From an uncultured cyanobacterium (lineage in GTDB: Bacteria > Cyanobacteriota > Cyanobacteriia > Cyanobacteriales > Nostocaceae): 64,000 nt of DNA. The stretch is taken from positions 4,544,001 through 4,608,000 of the forward strand of contig OY970166.1 of NCBI GenBank assembly GCA_963706595.1. Reading direction: 5' to 3'. The position numbers and the translations under genes were made by a program. Below the pieces are notes generated by a model that was not told the DNA's origin, searched no databases, and saw only the letters and a program-made list of their open reading frames with translations. Shown here in pieces: positions 58,272 through 64,000 of this stretch (position 1 is its first letter; every line of letters starts with the position of its first letter).

Positions 58272-60041
58272 ATGCAATTAAGAGACTCTCTACGCCGGAC
58301 AAAAATTGTAGCTACAATTGGACCTGCCACTAGCAGCCCAGAAATGCTGAAGGCGATTATTGAAGCGGGTGCAACGACACTGCGGCTCAACTTCTCCCAC
58401 GGTACTCATGCCGACCATCAGCGTAGTATTCGCTTAATTCGGCAAACAGCCTTTGAATTAAATCAGCCAGTGGCAATTCTCCAAGACTTGCAAGGGCCAA
58501 AAATTCGCTTAGGTAAGTTTGAAAATGGGTCGATCATTTTAGCAAAAGGCGATCGCTTCACCTTGACAAATCGCCCAGTTATCGGTTCACAAGAAATTAG
58601 CTGTGTTACCTACGATCATTTGGCAGAAGAAGTGCCTGTAGGTGCAAAAATTCTCCTTGATGATGGACGAGTAGAAATGCTCGTAGAAGAAATTAATCGT
58701 GACAAAGGCGATTTACACTGTTCTGTCACTGTCCCTGGGAAGTTGTCCAACAACAAAGGTGTCAACTTTCCCGGTGTTTACCTGTCCATCAAGGCCATGA
58801 CCGACAAGGACCGCGAGGATCTGATGTTTGGTCTAGACCAAGGAGTAGACTGGGTAGCGCTTTCCTTTGTCCGCAACCCCCAGGACATGATCGAAATTAA
58901 AGAGCTAATTTCTAGCACCGGCAAGCAAGTACCAGTAATTGCCAAAATTGAAAAACATGAAGCTATTGAACAAATGGAAGAAGTTCTAGCTTTATGTGAT
59001 GGCGTGATGGTTGCTAGAGGTGACTTAGGTGTAGAACTCCCGGCTGAGGATGTCCCTGTACTCCAAAAGCGGCTAATTGCTGCCGCCAATCGTTTAGGGA
59101 TTCCCATCATCACCGCTACCCAAATGTTGGACAGCATGGTGAGCAACCCCCGTCCCACTCGTGCGGAAGTGTCAGACGTAGCCAATGCCATTTTAGATGG
59201 CACCGATGCCGTGATGCTATCTAATGAAACTGCTGTGGGTGACTTTCCCGTAGAAGCCGTAGCCACAATGGCACGCATTGCCGAACGCATGGAGCAGGAA
59301 GAGGTACTACATCCAGTAGTCCGCCCACAGCGCGATGATCGGCGTTCTATTCCCAATGCTATTAGTCAAGCCGTGGGACAAATTGCTGAACAGTTGGGAG
59401 CAGCAGCAATTATGACCCTCACCCAAACAGGAGCTACAGCCCGTAATGTCTCGAAATTCCGTCCCCATACACCTATTTTGGCTGTGACACCCCATGTAAA
59501 TGTGGCACGACAGTTACAAATGGTTTGGGGAGTTAAACCCTTATTAGTGCTAGGGCTACCTTCCACTGGGCAGACATTTCAAGCGGCGATCAATGTCGCC
59601 CAAGAGCATAATTACCTTTCTGAGGGTGATTTGGTGGTCATGACTGCTGGTACACTCCAAGGCGTTTCCGGCTCAACGGATTTGGTCAAGGTTGAAGTTG
59701 TCACAGCCGTGCTAGGTCAGGGTATTGGTTTGGGACAAGGTTTTGTCAGTGGTCGTGCTAAGGTGGCTCACACTGGCATGGATGTGAGTAATTTCAATCC
59801 TGGAGATATTTTGGTTGCACCCCGCACCGATGCGGATTTTGTCGAGGCGATTCGGAAAGCTGCCGGGATTATTACAGAAGATGATAGTCTGACAAGTCAT
59901 GCCGCAGTCATTGCTTTACGTCTGGGTGTACCCGTAATTGTGGGTGTGAAGGCCGCAACTTCGGTGATTCGGGATGGAGCAATTCTGACTTTGGATCTAC
60001 AACGGGGTTTGGTTTACTCTGGTGCGGTGGGAACTCCGTAA
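58272..60041 (+). CDS. pyk: Pyruvate kinase with C-terminal PEP-utilising mobile domain
   Basis: RTKIVATIGPA, RLNFSHG, MVARGDLGVE, TSHAAVI. Confidence 0.97.
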   Translation: MQLRDSLRRTKIVATIGPATSSPEMLKAIIEAGATTLRLNFSHGTHADHQRSIRLIRQTAFELNQPVAILQDLQGPKIRLGKFENGSIILAKGDRFTLTNRPVIGSQEISCVTYDHLAEEVPVGAKILLDDGRVEMLVEEINRDKGDLHCSVTVPGKLSNNKGVNFPGVYLSIKAMTDKDREDLMFGLDQGVDWVALSFVRNPQDMIEIKELISSTGKQVPVIAKIEKHEAIEQMEEVLALCDGVMVARGDLGVELPAEDVPVLQKRLIAAANRLGIPIITATQMLDSMVSNPRPTRAEVSDVANAILDGTDAVMLSNETAVGDFPVEAVATMARIAERMEQEEVLHPVVRPQRDDRRSIPNAISQAVGQIAEQLGAAAIMTLTQTGATARNVSKFRPHTPILAVTPHVNVARQLQMVWGVKPLLVLGLPSTGQTFQAAINVAQEHNYLSEGDLVVMTAGTLQGVSGSTDLVKVEVVTAVLGQGIGLGQGFVSGRAKVAHTGMDVSNFNPGDILVAPRTDADFVEAIRKAAGIITEDDSLTSHAAVIALRLGVPVIVGVKAATSVIRDGAILTLDLQRGLVYSGAVGTP

Positions 60042-60064
60042 TTCGTAATTCGTAATTCGTAATT
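60039..60064. repeat. (TAATTCG)n heptamer repeat after the pyk stop
   Basis: About 3.5 tandem copies. Confidence 0.8.
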
Positions 60065-60219
60065 AAGAATTGCTGGGAAAATCTACTTTGGTTGATTTGA
60101 AAATTTAACTCTCTCGTAAATCTGGCGATGGGGAATTTGGCAATTTGCGGCAGCTAAGGTTAAAACTCCGTCTTCATTGTCAGATTCTCTTAACAGCCAG
60201 TTAGCTTCTGCTGTTTTAG

Positions 60220-60993
60220 CTAAAATTTATCTTTCATTCCCCGTAAACGAGCAAAGGTTTGCACTGAATCACTACTCTGAGTAGCTAACTGTAATGATGG
60301 TTGTTCCCAACGTAAAAAAGGATTGGTGAGCTTCTCCACTCCCAATAATGATGGAACAGTAGCTTTTTGGCGACTACGATAGTTCTTCACTTCTTCGTAG
60401 CGCCTTTGTAATGCGGTATTATCACCATCTACCGTCAGCGCAAATTGCAGATTTTTTAAAGTGTATTCGTGGGCGCACCAAACACGAGTATGGTCTGGGA
60501 GAGAGCGGAGTTTACCCAAAGATTCCACCATTTGCGTGGGTGTGCCTTCAAATAAGCGTCCACAACCGCCAGCAAACAGGGTATCACCACAGAATAATTC
60601 TCCGGCTTCACCAGATGTTACTGGGAAGAAGTAGTAAGCGATATGAGCGCGGGTGTGTCCAGGAATGAAGAAAACTTCGGCGGTGCGATAGCCAAACTGA
60701 ATGCGATCGCCTTCTTGTAGAAATACCTGTTGTCCAGGAATTCTCCCTCGATCCTCCAATCCGCCATACACTATCAAATTGGGGAAACTTTTGATTAACT
60801 CGTTGTTTCCACCTACATGATCGTGATGATGGTGAGTATTAAAAATGGCTACCAACTGAACTTTCAGTTCTGCGAGTTTCTCCAATACTGGTTTAGCCTC
60901 TGCTGGATCGACAACAGCAGCAATATTTTTTTGCTCATCGTGCAGTAAGAATATGTAGTTGTCTGAGAGTGCCTCAAGACGGATTACCTGCAT
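60220..60993 (-). CDS. gloB: Hydroxyacylglutathione hydrolase (glyoxalase II)
   Basis: [40 protein letters not shown]. Confidence 0.95.
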   Translation of the reverse strand: MQVIRLEALSDNYIFLLHDEQKNIAAVVDPAEAKPVLEKLAELKVQLVAIFNTHHHHDHVGGNNELIKSFPNLIVYGGLEDRGRIPGQQVFLQEGDRIQFGYRTAEVFFIPGHTRAHIAYYFFPVTSGEAGELFCGDTLFAGGCGRLFEGTPTQMVESLGKLRSLPDHTRVWCAHEYTLKNLQFALTVDGDNTALQRRYEEVKNYRSRQKATVPSLLGVEKLTNPFLRWEQPSLQLATQSSDSVQTFARLRGMKDKF

Positions 60994-61485
60994 TCCCTCT
61001 TTCTCCCTGATTCAGTAAATGTTTTGGCTAATTAGCAAGTTTTTATACTTTAGTGAGCTAGCGGATGACCATATAAACCCATTCCAACACGATTGACTAA
61101 CCACAGGTTACTGCATTTATAATCCTCCTAAATAACTCATTGTAATTAGCACGGTAATATTACTACTTTAACAGTTCAGTTATATTGATAACATACAGGG
61201 GTGATTTTTATGAATATACGCAAAATCAAATAACGATTAGTAGCATTTCATCTGAAGACGTATAGAAAAGACAACACCGCCTGCGGCTCCTGGCCTTGCT
61301 AAGGGGAGGTTGGGAGGGGTAAAATAATTTGCAGCTTCATTGTAAATTGGTATAAACCAAATCTTATTTAATATTCACCCCTTTGACTAAAGCATATAAT
61401 TATACTGTAAACTACAGCGATGAGAGGCATAAATTGTGCTATGAACTATAATAGTTTCCGAATCCTCACCTTTATGGGTTCATAA

Positions 61486-62850
61486 ATGAAGTTAATTCAC
61501 ACAAGCTCTTGGTATTTTCCCGAAACATCAGGTGGTGTTGAAGTATACATAGATTCTTTGGTGCAAGGCTTGCAAGCAGATGGAGTTGAATCTCTAGTTG
61601 CAGCTTCTAAACAGGGCTTTGCGGAAGAGACTTACAAACATAACAATATCGGAGTATATCGCTATCCTATTTTTCCTGATCGCACAAAAATGCAGGTGCA
61701 TAAACAAATACCCCACGGAGGATTTGAAGCTTTTGCCAATTGGTTAAAAAATCAACAAGCCGATGTTTACCATCAGCACTCCTGGCGATTTGATTGTGGT
61801 TTACATCATTTGGCTATGGCCAAAAAATTGGGGATGGCAACTGTGGTAACAGTCCACATGCCCGAACCTCTATGTCTGCGGGGTACAATGATGTCTTATG
61901 GTCAAGAAGCCTGTAATGGATTGATTGATCCAACCCGTTGTAGTCCTTGCTTAGGTGTGCCAAAGAAAGTGCCGTCTTGGGCGATCGCAACGTTAAGTCA
62001 ACTGCCTCTCAATGTAGGCATGGCCGCCGAAAGCAAAATGCTTGGCTCCAAAAGTATTAGACTGCGCCTACTTGGTAAAACTTTTAGCATTCCTGCCCAA
62101 GTATCTGAACATCGCCGTCAGCTAACGCAATTAGTAAAACTAGCTGATCGGATTGTTGTTCCGAGTCAGTGGCAATACGACGCTTTTCGCTTAAACAAAG
62201 TTCCCGAAAACAAACTCACTCTCTGCCGTCAGGGTGTAGCTCAAACTTTCCAAAAAGAGGCAGTACCAACAAAATCAAAAAACGCCACTTTAAAAATTGG
62301 CTTTTTGGGGCGCTGGCAAGAAACCAAGGGAGTCCAAACTCTAGTAGAAGCAGTACATCGTCTACCGGCTGATATACCTGTAGAATTAGTTATTCATGCT
62401 ACCCATCCTAAAAAATACGGTGTAGGCAATCGAGAGAAAGTTGTAGCAATTGCCGCTCACGACAGTCGGATTCGCATTGCTGAACCGCTTTCACGCCAAG
62501 CAGTCCGAGAGGCACTGGCAGGTTTTGATCTCCTGGCAGTACCATCACAATGGTTGGAAACAGGGCCTCTTGTTGTTTTGGAAGCACAGGCCATTGGTAT
62601 TCCTGTACTGGGTTCAAATTTAGGAGGAATTGCCGAGTTAGTTGAACATGGAGTTAATGGTTGGTTAGTTCCAGCTAAAAATATACAAGCCTGGACTGAT
62701 GCGATCGCCAAATTAGCTCAAGACCGTGATTTACTAGACAGATTAGGTCAAGGTATTAAGTCAGTACGGACAATGGACAATGTAGCGTCAGAGATGGTAC
62801 AGCTTTATAGAGAAATCACAAAAACTGTTCAAAAATATTCTTCGTATTAA
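61486..62850 (+). CDS. Glycosyltransferase family 4
   Basis: GGVEVY, FLGR...KG, ETGPLVVLEA. Confidence 0.9.
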   Translation: MKLIHTSSWYFPETSGGVEVYIDSLVQGLQADGVESLVAASKQGFAEETYKHNNIGVYRYPIFPDRTKMQVHKQIPHGGFEAFANWLKNQQADVYHQHSWRFDCGLHHLAMAKKLGMATVVTVHMPEPLCLRGTMMSYGQEACNGLIDPTRCSPCLGVPKKVPSWAIATLSQLPLNVGMAAESKMLGSKSIRLRLLGKTFSIPAQVSEHRRQLTQLVKLADRIVVPSQWQYDAFRLNKVPENKLTLCRQGVAQTFQKEAVPTKSKNATLKIGFLGRWQETKGVQTLVEAVHRLPADIPVELVIHATHPKKYGVGNREKVVAIAAHDSRIRIAEPLSRQAVREALAGFDLLAVPSQWLETGPLVVLEAQAIGIPVLGSNLGGIAELVEHGVNGWLVPAKNIQAWTDAIAKLAQDRDLLDRLGQGIKSVRTMDNVASEMVQLYREITKTVQKYSSY

Positions 62851-62873
62851 TTAACGTCTAATTTTTATTATGT

Positions 62874-64000
62874 ATGAGTCTGCAAAAAAACAAGTTAAAA
62901 ATTACCATAATCACACCTAATTTCTCCAAAGGTGGAGTTGATAGAGCATATTTGCTAGGTCAGGTATGTCAGAAACTGAATTATGAAGTGGAAATTGTGG
63001 GATTTTTATTTGGAAAAAATATTTATCCTGAACCACCATCTGATATGGCAATTTACTGCTTACCCGGTTGCAATTATCCAAAATTATTTGGTTCGGTAAA
63101 ACAACTGTTGCCCAAAGTTGATGGTGACATTATCTGCGCTATCAAACCAAAACCTACAAGTTACGGTGTTGCGTTAATTAACAAAATTTTCCAGCACAAA
63201 CCTGTAATCCTAGATATTGATGATTGGGAGTTAAGTTGGTATGGGGGTGACGAGTGGCGCTATCGTCCCCAAGCCAAGCAATTAGCCAGAGACATTTTCA
63301 AAAAAGAAGGAGCATTAAAAAATCCCGACCATCCATTGTACCTACAGTGGATGGAGTTATTGGTTAATCAAGCCAACGCTGTGACAGCAGATACTCAATT
63401 TTTGCTCAACCGTTTTGGTGGCACTTATATTCCTAATGGCAAAGATACTTGCCTCTTTGATCCCCAAAAGTTCGATCCGCAAGTCAGCCGGGAACGCTAT
63501 GGTTTAGCAGAATATCGCGTCCTCATGTTTCCTGGAGCGCCTCGACCACATAAAGGACTGGAAGATGTTTTAATAGCACTTGACCAGTTAAATGAACCAG
63601 ACTTCAGGCTAGTCATTGTGGGGGGTAATCCTTATGATAACTATGATGACCAACTCATAGAAAAGTGGGGACGCTGGATTATTAAGCTGCCTCCAGTACC
63701 AGTAGAAAATATGCCAGAAATCGTTGCTGCTGCCCATGTAGTGGTAGTTCCACAGAGAGATACACCCACAGCTAGAGCGCAGTTTCCCATCAAATTAACA
63801 GATGGAATGGCAATGGCAAAGCCAGTTTTAGCAACACGAGTTGGAGACATTCCCCAAATTTTAGATGAAACTGGTTACTTGGTTGATCCTAGTTCACCTG
63901 AACAAATTGCCGAAACTATTCAATGGATATTCCAGAATTTTAATGAAGCCAACGAAAAAGGCAAAATGGCCAGAGAAAGGTGTATTCAACATTATAGTCT
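62874..64000 (+). CDS. Glycosyltransferase family 4, runs off the window end
   Basis: Translated by hand: MSLQKNKLKITII...LDIDDWE...PGAPRPHKGLED...QFPIKLTDGMAMAKPV. Confidence 0.88.
   Translation, partial: MSLQKNKLKITIITPNFSKGGVDRAYLLGQVCQKLNYEVEIVGFLFGKNIYPEPPSDMAIYCLPGCNYPKLFGSVKQLLPKVDGDIICAIKPKPTSYGVALINKIFQHKPVILDIDDWELSWYGGDEWRYRPQAKQLARDIFKKEGALKNPDHPLYLQWMELLVNQANAVTADTQFLLNRFGGTYIPNGKDTCLFDPQKFDPQVSRERYGLAEYRVLMFPGAPRPHKGLEDVLIALDQLNEPDFRLVIVGGNPYDNYDDQLIEKWGRWIIKLPPVPVENMPEIVAAAHVVVVPQRDTPTARAQFPIKLTDGMAMAKPVLATRVGDIPQILDETGYLVDPSSPEQIAETIQWIFQNFNEANEKGKMARERCIQHYS

Noticed and set aside
58778..59356. 192-aa antisense ORF within pyk, and similar antisense ORFs elsewhere
   Set aside because: It is a shadow ORF of a conserved gene with no independent evidence.
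1..64000. tRNA or rRNA genes
   Set aside because: No cloverleaf/T-loop signature or rRNA-like tract was recognised by eye; tRNAscan-SE and barrnap would be needed to be certain.

Overview
A 64 kb chromosomal window from a heterocyst-type (Nostocales-like) cyanobacterium, judged from frequent HIP1 GCGATCGC sites, heptamer tandem repeats and genes such as crtR and vipp1. Most of it is housekeeping (menB, uvrC, rlmN, plsY, mlaE, sppA, aroH, crtR, pyk, gloB, glycosyltransferases, two-component genes). Two accessory blocks stand out. (1) An 11.7 kb phage/plasmid-like element (about 31149-42841) carries a collagen/coiled-coil fibre gene, a replication-type module, a short tyrosine recombinase and a terminal IS110-family recombinase. 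The non-coding region upstream of the IS110 gene folds into two similar bridge-RNA-like loops. Their four guide segments match the four halves of two TGAA-core junctions 11.7 kb apart, so the whole element appears to have been integrated by an RNA-guided bridge recombinase. (2) A six-gene ubiquitin-like operon (E1, Ubl, E2, JAB, membrane RING-like protein, unknown; 24254-28269) lies between 44-bp direct repeats, and four of its proteins share an I-x-W-x-[DE] motif. Also present are a solo TnpB element, an orphan papain-fold toxin with a partner gene, a frameshifted PEP-CTERM gene, decayed two-component remnants and several MITE-like repeats. All calls come from reading the sequence; no searches or folding programs were run.
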